Part shown: positions 1 to 12,444 of the stretch, one piece after another | Numbering within the stretch: position 1 is the stretch's first letter | Layout: each line of letters starts with the position of its first letter | Source of the DNA: Mobula hypostoma | Taxonomy: Eukaryota | DNA: 64,000 nt | Direction of reading: 5' to 3' | NCBI RefSeq assembly: GCF_963921235.1 | Contig: NC_086108.1 | Coordinates: forward strand, 72,726,001-72,790,000 | Translations under genes and position numbers: made by a program | Notes under the pieces: generated by a model | Seen by the model: only the letters and a program-made list of their open reading frames with translations | Told to the model about the DNA's origin: nothing | Database searches by the model: none

Positions 1-193
1 CATTTTAGATCTCCCCCTCCCACTTTCAAATCTCTTACTAACTTTTCCTTCAGTTAGTCCTGATGAAGGGTCTCGGCCTGAAACGTCGACTGTACCTCTT
101 CCTAGAAATGCTGCCCGGCCTGCTGCATTCACCAGCAACTTTGATGTGTGTTGCTTGAATTTCCAGCATCTGCAGAATTCCTGTTGGTTGCGT
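1..193 (+). mobile_element. 3' end (pLTR) of a young Penelope-like element, abutting a CR1
   Basis: Near-identical to the reverse complement of 18519-18710; contains the hammerhead motif. Confidence 0.85.
55..92 (+). ncRNA. Minimal type I hammerhead ribozyme motif (Penelope pLTR)
   Basis: TAGTC-CTGATGA-AGG(GTCTCGG)CCT-GAAAC-GTC/GACTG: helix I, CUGANGA core, helix II, GAAA, palindromic ACGU in place of helix III, GUC cleavage triplet. Confidence 0.8.
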
Positions 194-1062
194 TTCAAAG
201 CTTGCAGAGGGATTTGGACCAGCTGGAAAAATGGGCTGAAAAATGGCAGATGGAGTTTAATACAGAAAAGTGTGAGGTACTGCACTTTGGAAGGACAAAC
301 CAAGGTAGAACATACAAGGTTAATGGTAAGGCACTGAGGAGTGCAGTAGAACTGAGGGATCTGGGAATACAGATACAAAATTCCCTAAAAGTGGCGTCAC
401 AGGTAGATAGGGTCGTAAAGAGAGCTTTTGGTACATTGGCCTTTATTAATCAAAGTATTGAGTATAAGAGCTGGAATGTTATGATGAGGTTGTATAAGGC
501 ATTGGTGAGGCCGAATCTGGAATATTGTGTTCAGTTTTGGTCACCAAATTACAGGATGGATATAAATAAGGTTGAAAGAGTGCAGAGAAGGTTTACAAGG
601 ATGTTGCTGGGACTTGAGAAACTCAGTTACAGAGAAAGGTTGAATAGGTTAGGACTTTATTCCCTGGAGCGTAGAAGAATGAGGGGAGATTTGATAGAGG
701 TATATAAAATTATGATGGGTATAGATAGAGTGAATGCAAGCAGGCTTTTTCCACTGAGGCAAGGGGAGAAAAAAACCAGAGGACATGGGTTAAAGCTGAA
801 GGGGGAAAAGTTTAAAGGGAACATTAGGGGGGGGCTTCTTCACGCAGAGAGTGGTGGGAGTGTGGAATGAGCTGCCAGACGAGGTGGTAAATGCAGGTTC
901 TTTTTTAACATTTAAGAATAAATTGGACAGATACATGGACGGGAGGTGTATGGAGGGATATGGTCCGTGTGCAGGTCAGTGGGACTAGGCAGAAAATGGT
1001 TCGGCACAGCTAAGAAGGGCCAAAAGGCCTGTTTCTGTGCTGTAGTTTTTCTATGGTTTCTT
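194..1062 (+). mobile_element. CR1 LINE 3' part (ORF2 C-terminus and 3' UTR), young
   Basis: ORF 148-870 contains WQMEFNTEKCEVLHFG, LYKALVRPNLEYCVQFWSP and LERRRMRGDLIEVYK; tail ends in ttctatggtttct. Confidence 0.95.
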
Positions 1063-1867
1063 TCTATTTAATACACTCACAACTTATCATTAATGTTTCA
1101 TCCTTAAAAATTGCATCGGTGAAATACTTCAGAGGCTGTTACACTTGGGCTTTCCCTTCTGTTCTATTGTCAGGTGTTCTTCAGCCAAAACTCTTGCCCA
1201 GTAAGCTTAAAATTTTTGCAGAGATTAATTGCTAAATCCTCACTAATGTGGCATCAGATGGACAAGAGGGTGTGTTTGTCCCCCAAATGAAGTGTGCTGA
1301 CAGCTCCAGAGTCTTTTGAATGTGCTTCCTCAAAGGCAAGCCGAAGCAGAGTTCTGAATATTCTAAAGGTAGAGATACTTCATTAAAGGTACTTCATTGG
1401 CAAGAGATACCGAGTTATAAAAGTAGGTGGTAACATTGAGCTGTAGTTAAAATCGGATCCGCCATGATGTTACTGAATGGCAGAACAAGCTGGAGGAGAA
1501 TAGTGGCCTATACCTGCTATAAATTTTAATGTTTTTTATATGCTTTCATTCAATTTTATCTCCTCTTGCTTAATGACCACGAGAATTTTGAGAAACATTC
1601 AGAGAATTAAAACAGTAATGTTTATGCCCCCAGCAGGGAATTGAGCTCAGAGGAACTGTGTATTAGAAATAAAGCAATCACTGATACTAAAGTCTGCCTC
1701 AGATTTATCAATCTTATCCAAATCAGAAAGTTGGCAACTAATGTTGCACTCCTGGATTTATGCACTTGATTCAAGAAGGAACACTACAACGTTACAGATG
1801 CTGTAATTCAGTTGTGATGCTAAGTTGAGGGGCGTCAACCTAGTCAGACTGATATAAAAAAATCCTC

Positions 1868-2949
1868 TTTCTTTTCCTTTTAAATCTTTTTATTAATTTT
1901 CAAAGTTATACACAGGGTAGCAAAGTTGATACAAAGAGATTAGAATAATCTTAATAAGTATATATAAAAAGGATTTTAAGTAACATAGGTATAATAGACT
2001 TCCAAACTCATAATGAAATTAGTCATGAAGAAAAAAAAGAAATAAAAAGAAAAAAATATGTATATAAACAAAGAAAAACCCCCAAAGGAAAAAGAAAAAA
2101 AAAAAGCCCAAAAAGAAACAGGACGAAACAGGGCTAGACCAATATCTTGAATCAGACACATTCAGTAATGTCGTCAACTCCGCTCCTCTATTCATATAAT
2201 TTAAGTTAATAAAAAAAGATTCGGAAAGGTCAAATTACATCATATGAAAATGTTGCATAAAAGGTTTCCAAATTTCTTCAAATTTAACTGAAGGATCAAA
2301 AATAGCACTTCTAATTTTTTCTAAATTTAAACTTAATACAGTTTGAGAAAACCATTGGAATGTAGTAGGAGGATTGGTTTCCTTCCAGTTCAACAAAATA
2401 GATCTTCTAGCCATTAAAATAACAAATGCTATCATCCAACAGGCTGAAGAAGACAAAGATCTATGTTCTACCATTGGCAATCCAAAAATTGCCGTAATAG
2501 GATGGGGTTTTAAATCAAAACCTAGAAGTGTTGACATAATATTAAAAATATCTTTCCAATATTTTTCCAAAAGAGGACAGGACCAAGACATATGAGTTAA
2601 AGAAGCCACCTCAGAGTGACATCTATCACAAGTAGGATTTATATGGGAATAAAAATGGGCTAATTTATCTTTGGACATATTGGCTCTATGTGCTACTTTA
2701 AATTGTACTAATGTATGTTTAGCACATATAGAAGAAGTACTAATTGAAAAATTTTGTCCCATTTCTCTATAGGTAGACGAAGTTGAAGTTCCCTTTCCCA
2801 TTCATTTTTAATTTTATCATATATACCTGGCTGTAATTTCATAGTTATATCATAGGTAATTGCTATTAATCCCTTCTGAAAAGGATTTAAACCTAAAATT
2901 TTATCAATAATATCAGTAGGATTTGAAGTTGGAATGGTAGGCAACGTAG
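1868..2949 (-). mobile_element. 5'-truncated L1-clade LINE (C-terminal CCHC region, A-rich tail)
   Basis: ORF 2235-2801 has CDRC...LTHMSWSC and ARRSILLNWK...W motifs. Imperfect TSD taaaaaa(c)atcctc at about 1855-1867 and 2950-2963. Confidence 0.85.
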
Positions 2950-3064
2950 TAAAAAACATCCTCAAACAGAAGTTTTGGGTTTCTCCCAATAGTCAACAAT
3001 CAATGCATCAAAGCTGTCAGATTAGATTGGTGAATTGCTGCCTGTTTGACTCTGATAAAATCCA

Positions 3065-5312
3065 AAACAACAATGCCTCTTGAGCCTTACCCTTCTGAGC
3101 ACACTGCCCTCCACTCTCTCCGCACCAATCCCAACCTGACCATCAAACCAGCAGACAAAACGTCTTCAGTTTTAATGAGATGTACTGAACTCTACCTTGC
3201 TCAGGCCAGGCGACAACTCTCAGACACCTCCTCATACCTCCCCCTTGAAGAGAACCCCACTCCAGATCGTCAGAAAATTGTCTCCGACACCATCAATAAC
3301 TTCATCAACTCTGGAGAACTCCCATCCACTGCCATCAAACTCATAGTTCCCTCACTGCTTTCTTCTACCTCCTACCCAAGATTCACAAACCTGACTATGT
3401 GGATAGGCCCATTGTCTCTGTATGCTCCTGCACCACTGAATTGTGTCCTTATACCTCGGCTCTATTCTATCCCCTTGGTTCAGTCGCTTCCCACCTACAC
3501 TCGCAACTTTTCTCATGTTCTCCTCACTAACTTTCAATTCCCTGACCCTGGCTACCTCATTTTCACCATGGATGTCCAGTCCCTATGTGCTTCTATCCCC
3601 CATCAAGGAAGTCTTAATGCTCTCTGTTTCTTTCTCAATAAAAGAACCAATCATTTCCCCTCCTCCGTCTGACAGAACTGGTAATCACACTCAACAATTT
3701 TTCATTTGGCTTCTCCCACTGTCTCCAGACTTGAGGAGTAGCCATGGGTACTGCGTGGGCCCCAACTATGCCTGTTTTTTGTTAGTTATATAGAAGAGTA
3801 CATGCTCCAAGCTTTCGCTGATACTGCTCCCCAACTCTTCAAACACTACATTGATAACTGCATTGGTGCTGCTTCATGCACCCATGCTGAGCTCATCAAT
3901 TTCATAAACTTTGCCTCCAACTTAGACCCTGCACTTAAATTCACTTGGCCCATTTCTGACAACTCCATTCTTGATCTATCTGTCTCCATCTCTAGAAACA
4001 AACTGTTAACCAACATCTTTTATAAACCTAAACAACAGGAATACTGCAGATGCTGGAAATTCAAGCAACACACATCAAAGTTGCTGGTGAACGCAGCAGG
4101 CCAGGCAGCATCTGTAGGAAGAGGTGCAGTCGACGTTTCAGGACTTCGAAGGGTCTCGGCCTAAAACGTCGACTGCACCTCTTCCTACAGATGCTGCCTG
4201 GCCTGCTGCGTTCACCAGCAACTTTGATGTGTGTTTCTTTTATAAACCTACCGATTTCCTCGGTTATCTTGACTATACCTCTTCCCAACATATCTCCTGT
4301 AAAAATGCTGTTCCTTTTTCTCAGTCTCTTCATCTCCACTGCATCTTTTCCCAGGATGCAGCTTTCCTTTCCAGGATATCAGAGATGGCCTCCTTCTTCT
4401 AAGAACAAGGTTTCTCTTCCTCCACCATTGATGCTGCCCCCACGTGCATTTCCTCCATTTTCCAAATGTTAGTGCTCACCACATCTTCCCATGTGCCATA
4501 ACAGTGACAGAGTTCCTCTTGTCCTTACCTACCACCCCATGAGCTTCCACAACCAATACATCCTTCTTCATAACTTCTGCCATCTATAAAGGGATCCTTC
4601 CACTAAACATAACTTTAACACCCACCTTTCTCCACTTTCTGCAGGGATCTCTGTGATTCCCTTGTCCATTCATCCCTACTCACTAATCTCCCTCCTAGCA
4701 CTTATCCCTGCAAGTGGCCCAAGTGCTACATCTGCCCAAACACTCCCTTCCCCGCCTTCATTCAGGGCCCCAGACAATTTTTCCAGATGAGGCAACACTT
4801 CACCTGCGTATCTGTTGGGGTTGTATGTTGTATTCAGTGCTCCCGATGCAACCTCCTCTCCACTGGTGAGATCCATTGTAAATTGGGGGACCGCTGCTCC
4901 ATTAGTCAAAAGTGGAACTTGCCACTGACCAAACATTTAATTCCAATTCCCATTCCCGTTCTGACCTGTCGGTTCATGATCCACTGTTGTGCCACAAGGA
5001 GAAATCGATATCCAACTTGATGGCACGGATATCGATTTCTCATTTCGATTAAAAACTTTCCTCCCTCTCTCTCCTTCTTTATTGCGCACTCTGGTTCGTT
5101 ACTTCTCACCTGCCTATCGTCTCCCCCCAGATCCCCTCTTCCTTCCCTTTCTCTCATGGTCCACCCTCCTCTCCTATCACATTTCTTCCTCTCCTGCCTT
5201 TTACCTTTCCTACCCACTTGGCTTCTCCTGTCACCTTCTAGGGATCCTCCTTCCCCTCCCACTCCGGAACTTTATATTCTGGTGTCTTCCCCCTTCCTTT
5301 CCAGTCCTGAAG
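3065..5312 (+). mobile_element. Decayed Penelope-like element (RT, Cys linker, GIY-YIG remnant, 3' UTR)
   Basis: IKPADK, TMDVQSL..SIPH, GVAMG, HYIDNC and YKPTD motifs across frameshifts; ends in a truncated cagtcctga. Confidence 0.9.
4031..4235. mobile_element. Palindromic Penelope pLTR mini-insertion with 15-bp TSD
   Basis: Perfect 72-bp inverted arms at 4067-4138 and 4164-4235; TSD TCTTTTATAAACCTA at 4016-4030 and 4236-4250. Confidence 0.9.
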
Positions 5313-5349
5313 AGTAATAATAAAGTAAGTCAAAGTCTGCATTTCTTAT

Positions 5350-6000
5350 GTTAAGGGAAATCTTGCCTGACAAATCTGTTAAAACTCTTTGAGGAAGTGG
5401 CAAGCACGGTGGACAAAGGAGAAGCAGTGAATGTCTTTTACTTTGACTTTTAGAAGGCATTTGATAACATGCCTCACATGAGCTGCTTAACACGATAAAA
5501 TCCTATGGTGTTACAGGAAAGATATTGGCATGGATAGAAGAATGGCTGACAAGCAGGAGAAAGCGAATGGGAATAAAAGGGGCATTTTCTGCTTGGCTGC
5601 CAGTGACTTGTGGTGTTCTTCATGGGTCAGTATTGGGACCACCTCTGTTCACATTGTTTGTCAATGATCTCAATAGTGGAATTGATGGTTTTGTGGCAAA
5701 GGCTGTCGATGATATGAAGTCAGGTGGAGGGGTAGGTAGTGCTGAGGAAGCAATGCAATTGCAGCAGGACTTAGGCAAATTGGAAGAATGGGCAAAAAAG
5801 TGACAGATAGAATACAGTGTTGGGAAATGTATGATGCATTTTGGTAAAAAGGAACTATAATGCAGACTATTATCTAAATGGGGAGAAAATTCAAACATCA
5901 GAGGTGCAAAGGGACTTAGGAGTCCTCGTGCATGACTCCCAGAAGATTAATTCATGTCTGTGGTAAAGAAAGCAAGTGCAATGTTGCCATTATTTCAAGG
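5350..6000 (+). mobile_element. CR1 RT fragment
   Basis: WIEEWLTSR...GVLHGSVLGPPLFTLFVNDL...AVDD (ORF 5525-5803). Confidence 0.9.
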
Positions 6001-6529
6001 GTGTAACATTTTTACTATGAAATCACAGCTGCTGATGAGTCCATTCAGAATGCCTGTCTTTTGATGTGAAACCCTGAATGGCTGTACGCCTAACTATCTG
6101 AAGTTAATTTTGATTTGTGAAGACGATATCCTGCCTTCGTTTATCATGTTTTATGTAAAGGGCTGCTCAACAGATCAAAGTTGGTTTGTTCAATTCTAAA
6201 CATTTTATATAATCACTTAGAAAAAAAATGTTTGGATTATTTTAAGGTATTGAGTGAAAAACCCACAAGTCGATAGGGATAATTTGCACTATAGAATGTT
6301 GGCTTTCTTTACTTACAGTCTGTTGCTGTAACTTGATATAGGGTCTCAAACCAAAATGTTAACTATCCTTTGCCTCCATTAATGCTGCTTAATGTACAAA
6401 GTTCCTCCAGCTGTTTGCATTTTATTTATTAATTGTATTTAGAGGTGCAGTGTGGTAACAGGCCGATCAGTCCAAAACTGCTCATGCCACCCAATTACAT
6501 GCGTGTATCCAATTAACCTGCTAACTCAT

Positions 6530-8410
6530 CAGACCATAAGATATAGAAGCAGAATAGGACTATTCAACCCATTGAATCTGCTTCACCATTCCATCGTGGC
6601 TAATCCCTCTCAACCCCATTCTCCTGCCTTCTCCCCATAACCTTTGATGCCCTTACTAATTAAGAATCCATCAGCATCTACTTTAAGTATACGCAATGAC
6701 TTGGCTTCACAGCTGTCAGAGGCAATGAATTCCACAGACTCCCCATCCTCTGGCTGAAGAAATTCCTCTTCATCTCTTCTCTAAAGGGACAACCTTGTAT
6801 TCTGTGGCTGTGCCCTCTGTTGCAAGATTCCCCACTATGGGAAACATCCTTTCCACGTTCAGACTACCTAGGTCTTTCAATATTCAACAATTTTCAATGA
6901 GATTCTCCCCTCCTCTTTCTTCTAAACACCAGCAAGTACAGCCCAGAGTCACACGTTAACCCTTTCATTCCTAGAATCATTCTCACAAACACCCTCTCCT
7001 ATGTCAGAACATATTTTCATAGATAAGGGGTCGAAAACTGTTCACAATGCTCCAAGCGTGGTCTGGCAAATGCCTTACAAAGCCTCAGCATTACATGCTT
7101 GATTTTATAATCTAGTCCTCTTGAACTAAATGCTAATATTGCATTTGCCTGCTTTACCACCAACTGAACCTACAAATTAATCCTTAGGGAATCCTGAACA
7201 TGGACTCCCAAGTTCCTTTGCACCTCTGAATTCTGAATTTTGTCACTGTTCAGAAAATAATCCATGCCTTTATTCCTTCTACCAAAGTGTTTGACCATAC
7301 ACTTCACTACAGTATTATTCATCTGCCACGTCTTTGCCCATTCCCCCAATTTGTCTAAGTCTTCTGCAGACTTCCTGCTTCCTCAACGCTATCTGCCCTT
7401 CCATCCATATTGGTATCATCCCATACTTGGCCTCAGATCCATCAATGCATGAGGTGGAACAGTAGCGTAGTGGTTACTTTATACTTTATACTTTACAGTT
7501 CCAGTGACTAGGGTTCAATTTCTGCAGCTGCCTGTAAGGATTTTGTATATTCTCTCTGTGACCACCAAGGTTTCCTCCAGGTGCTCCGGTTTCCTCCTAC
7601 AGTCCAAACACTTACCAGCTGGTAGGTTAATTGGTCATTGTAAATTGTCCCGTAACAGGGTTCAGAGGAGGTTCACAAGGATGATTCTAGGAATGAAAGG
7701 CTTTATCATACACGGAATGTTTGATAGCTCTGGGTCTGTACTTGCTGGAATTTAGAAGGATGGGGATCTCATTGAAACCTTTCGAATGTTGAAAGGCCTA
7801 GCATGGTAGATGTGGAAAGGATGTTTCCCATGGTGCGAAGTATAGGACAAGAGGGTGCAGTCTCTGGTTGCCAAAGAGTGGTGAACTTGTGGAATTTATT
7901 ACCACAGGCAGCTGTGGAGGCCAGGTCGTTGGGTGTGTTTAAGGTTCCTGATTGGGCATGGTTTCAAAGTTTACAGAGAGAAGGCCGGGGAGCGGGGCTG
8001 AGGAGGGGGAAAGAAAAGGATCAACCATGATTAAATGGCAGAGCAGACTCCATGGGCCAAATGGCCTAATTCTGCTCCAACATTTTAGGATTAAATCAGG
8101 AGTTACTGGGCAGCAAGGCTGCAAGAGCCGGAAGGGCCTATTCCGTACTGTATCTTAATAAATAAATAAATAATTAAAATTCCCTCATCCAAAACATTGA
8201 CACATCACATGAAGAGAACCAGTTCCAACACCGACCGCTGTAGAACACCACCAGCCACTGGCAGCCAAGCAGAAAAGGCTCCCTTTATTTACACGTTGTC
8301 TCCTGCTGTCAGGCAGTCTTCTGTCCGATCTTTCCTGTAATTCCGAGAACTCTTATTATGTTTATCAGCCTCATGTGCAGAACCTTGTCAAAGGCCTTCT
8401 GAAAATCCTT
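6530..8410 (-). mobile_element. CR1 fragment (6530-7445, resuming at 8175-8410) interrupted by a V-SINE and another CR1 3' end
   Basis: Reverse-complement similarity to the CR1 RT and 3' end seen at 194-1062 and 5350-6000. Confidence 0.75.
7453..8172 (+). mobile_element. tRNA-derived V-SINE (HE1-like) with a nested CR1 3' fragment (about 7655-8080)
   Basis: A-box-like GTAGCGTAGTGG, B-box-like GGGTTCAATT, V-domain GGTTTCCTCCAGGTGCTCCGGTTTCCTCC, (AATA)n tail. Confidence 0.7.
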
Positions 8411-8414
8411 GTAA

Positions 8415-8578
8415 AACCCGTGTATTTTTGGAATGCGGGAGGAAACTGGATCACCCGGAGGAAACCCACGCAGTCTCAGGAAAAACGTACAAACTCCTTA
8501 CAAACTGCAATGAAATTGAACCCTAGTGCTATAGTGCTGTAATAGTGTTATGCTAACTGTTACGCTACCATGCCACCA
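8415..8578 (-). mobile_element. V-SINE 5' half
   Basis: Reverse complement of the V-domain (GGAGGAAACTGGATCACCCGGAGGAAACCC) and of the tRNA head. Confidence 0.7.
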
Positions 8579-10194
8579 TTATTCCATAACCCTGTAACAT
8601 TTACCACGAATACATAAACACAGCCAGGGTTTTAAAACATTTGTCTGTTGTTTGACTAGAAGCAATCAACTAACTAGAGCTGAGTGACTGCACAGCTATT
8701 CTGTCATCAGATGTTCTTCCCCCAATACTCCTGCACAGCAGGCTGATTTGCTTTGCTGTAGAGGTGTGCAGTTTCCTTGAATCAATTATCTGGGAGATTG
8801 CCTTTAGGTAATTGAAGTCTGTATCAAGGGGAAGCTGAAGCTAAGAATAAGTATGCCTGATTTTTCAATTGAGAGATAAAAAAAACCAGGCAGATCTAAG
8901 AATGTGAAGCAGATTAAATGAAACTCTTTCACTGCAACACCTGTGAAGCATTTTCCCTTTTCAGGGATGAGTGAGGGATGGCTGTTGGGATGCAGCTGCA
9001 ATGTTTAGAAAGATATCACCTTATGCTGTCTCTGCCAAATCTTCCAAATCCATTGGCAAAGTAAGTGAACCAATGCTGTGTTTAAACACGCTGACCTCGT
9101 CTGCATTAACGTCCTGTTTACAATTAATCCCTCAGGTCAGCAGACTATGCCGTTCACATGTCTGACACCCTATTCATGAAAAATACTCCGCTGAGCTCCT
9201 TAATGTCAACATTCAAGGTTAAATTGAGTAGGTACCTGAACATAGAGCAAGAGATTACTTGACATAAAAATGAATTGAAGGGGATTCTCCAGAACTCTTT
9301 GAAAAAATGTAATGTCCCCATATATTTCTGGAGTTCCCTAGTTCAGAAGTGTGAAAGTGTGTTTGGATGTCTTTTGGAAACTCGCATCTATTCATCAGGA
9401 ACATGAAGAAGCCCAGCATAAATGTTTGAAAGAGAGAACTTCCCAAATTACCTATGTATCTGCCTTTCCCATCAAACACATCCAACCCCATTGGGGGCAG
9501 AATCTCTGAGTGTCACAATGGCCTTATCAGCAACCGTAGAAGCTACAGAACTAGATTGGAATCTCAAATCATCCTTGGTCCCAACAGACTATTTAATCTG
9601 AATAGATCTGATCCATTTACAATGCCAGATTTGGGTATTCTACATAACATTGCTGAATAAAACCAAAGTTACAGTACATTTATCTTTTGGTGCCATTTTG
9701 AAAAAACAATTCTGCAATAGTAGGTCAGGTTGCTGGTACTTAAAATTGTCAACATTCTAATGTAGTGTAGAGTCCACGGCAGCCAAAACAACACAAAACA
9801 GCTGCTCCTACACAAGCTTGCACATGTGCATTTATTTTTAACAATGCATCTGATCACTGTTTGTTCCCAAATGGCACCATAGAACAGAGTTCAGAAAGCA
9901 ACTGGTAGCAATTAGGAAACATTGCTCCCTCTGACTGTAAGTCTGGTTTCCAATTATGTCAACACTGAGGATGGCATTACAACTGGAGATGCTCACACTG
10001 GTGCAAATGAACTATAGAGAGAGAGAACAAGATTTGCATCATTACGAAAACAGTTTGAGATGCAGAAGTAGGTTAAGAGTCACATCATGCATTTGCACAC
10101 AGCCTTCCATTAAGTAATTACACTAAAGCAAACTAATTCTGCTCTTCTAGGAATGAATGAGTAATGCAATGCGTAACATCCATAGCCACAAGCA

Positions 10195-10570
10195 TATCAT
10201 CATTATCATTATGTGCTGTGTCATATGACATGGGCAATCATGGTCTATGACCATATCTGTTCCTGGCAGATTCTACAGAAGTGCTTTTGCCATTGCCTCT
10301 TCTGGGCAGTGTCTTTACAAGATGGGAGACTCCAGCCAGTGTCAATACTCTTCAGAGATTTTCTGTCTGGTGTCAATGGTCACATAACCAAGAATTGTAT
10401 GCACCAATTGCTTATACGACCATCCACCACCTGCTCCCATGGATTCGAGTGACCCTTATTGGGGACTAAGCAGGTGCTACACCTTGTTCAAGGGTGAACC
10501 GCAGGCTAGCAGAGGGAAAGAATGCCTTACACCTCCTTTGGTAGAGATCTATCTCCAACCTACCACTCTA
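10195..10570 (-). mobile_element. Probable RTE-dependent SINE or RTE 3' end
   Basis: (ATC)n-like tail and the agaagtgcttttgccattgcc segment resembling RTE 3' ends. Confidence 0.45.
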
Positions 10571-10640
10571 CAAGTATATAGAAGCATTAATACAAGGAAT
10601 TCAAAATGTTGAAAAGAGATCTCTTTTTACACCAAGATTG

Positions 10641-11161
10641 TGTTGCAGAGAACGGGTGAACCTAAACGCAGGACACTGACACGGAGATAGAGTAATCTAA
10701 AGAGTGTTTATTAATGGTTAGGGAAGGCTGGGGAGTGAGCGAGGCTTGAATGGGGATCGAACATGGGTCAATGCGGTGAGAGCGTGGCGCTTTCCCACTG
10801 AGCCAATGGAGAGTGTAAGCGGGCGGCGGAACGAGGCAGAGTGGGGAAATCTTATCTTGACACGGAGCGTGGCTGGAGTTGAATGGCAAGCAGGAGGATG
10901 AACAGAAAGGCAGGCGGCAGACAATGCTTCTCTTGACATGGAGAGATAATGCTAACGCAGGCAAACCGCAGTGCTGAAACAAAACTTAGAATACACAATC
11001 CTAAGCGGCCGGGAACGTGAACTACCACACTGGCTGAATCAATGATCTGGCCACGAGTGGATGCGAAACCGGGGTGTTTATGCTGCAGGTCTTGATGAGA
11101 ACCAGGTGTGCCGCCATCAAAGGGAAATAGGAGAAAATGAGGAATTAACGGAGGGATGACA
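10641..11161 (-). mobile_element. Solo LTR (Gypsy-like), 521 bp
   Basis: TGT...ACA termini, TSD GATTG/GATTA, AATAAA on the minus strand near its 3' end, CpG-rich compared with the flanks. Confidence 0.75.
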
Positions 11162-12444
11162 GATTATGATATTGTGTCAAGTGTTCAAGTTGGATGACTC
11201 TATGAAGGAAAAAAGGATTGATTTGGGATGAAAACAGGGCGCAGTCAAGATTGTCTGCTCAGCTTCAGTATTTAATAGAAATGTAAAGTTACTACAAAAT
11301 GATGTGCAATTTTCCCATTATTGTTGTTGGATTATTGTGGACCAAACCAGTTAGTACTATTCCTCTTAGTGCAGTAGTCTTTAAACCTGTAAAAGTTTGT
11401 TTCTACTTTCAAGAGCACTGTCACAGGTCACACTGTAGTAAAAGGTGAGCATGAGTCCAGATTTTAAGTGTTGGGTCCAAATCATCCTCAGAGTACTGTA
11501 AACTAGGGTGCTTGCAATCAAAATTGATACTAATATCGCCAATTTGCTCTAATTGCCTTGGACCTGGCCATAGAACTTACAACGTCTTTAAGCAGAGCAG
11601 TAGTTTATTAATCTCACCAACATGGGAAGTGCCTGAAACAAATTCGTTGCAAAAGCATGAAAATTATTGTTGTGCAATGACTATAGAGACATTGCTGAAA
11701 CAATTGCAAATCCTGTGCATGTGTATTTATTCTTTCTACCCTTTCTAGCTCCCATTGTGATTGGAGCTTTGTGTTTGCGCAGATAAGAATTAACTCTCTG
11801 GCCATGTAAAGTTCAATGGTTTATTAAAGTCATGTACACTGTATAGTCAGGAAAGCTGAATTAGACACTGTATCCTGATTTACATCCAGCCAATGGATTG
11901 TGGTACACCAGTTCATTTGACACATCTCTGTTTTCGCTGTATTTTACAGTATTTTTTCTCTGTGTTCTTCTGGTTTCCAGGGTATATCATAAGTCTTACA
12001 CAGATATTCCATCTTGAACAAAACAAATAAGCATGTAGCAAAAGTGTATATTTCTCTTTTAGATTATCAATTAGAATTGTTTCGTACTAGAAACTGCAAA
12101 CACATGAATGATTTACATAGATTGCTCACTTCCATAGTCTATCTGTGCTTCACTCCACTGCTGTTGAAATCCTCTTCCCAAGCCCTTTATCAATTCCAGC
12201 TTTTTCCAGTGCTCCCTCAGCAAACTTTCTATTTTCATTAAGATAAGCTCCTCCAGACATTTTCCAACTGCAGTCCTGCAGTGTTCTGCTAACTAATCAT
12301 CCATGCAATTAGCTTATGTTTCCCCAATTGCTTAATCAAAAATTTGCGTCCTCATGAACTATGCCCCTCATGCTTCATCTCTTCCTGTCACACATTCCCT
12401 CTACTCCCAAGACTATCGCTTACCAAACCCTTCCCAGCTACCTA

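Noticed and set aside
148-870. 240-aa ORF as a host gene
   Set aside because: It is a chimera of a Penelope pLTR read into CR1 ORF2, so it is transposon-derived.
8965-9060. Exon-like segment (tttcag...AAA|gtaagt) with an LPNP peptide reminiscent of the p85 BH domain
   Set aside because: All three frames from the acceptor contain stops, and the similarity is too short to trust.
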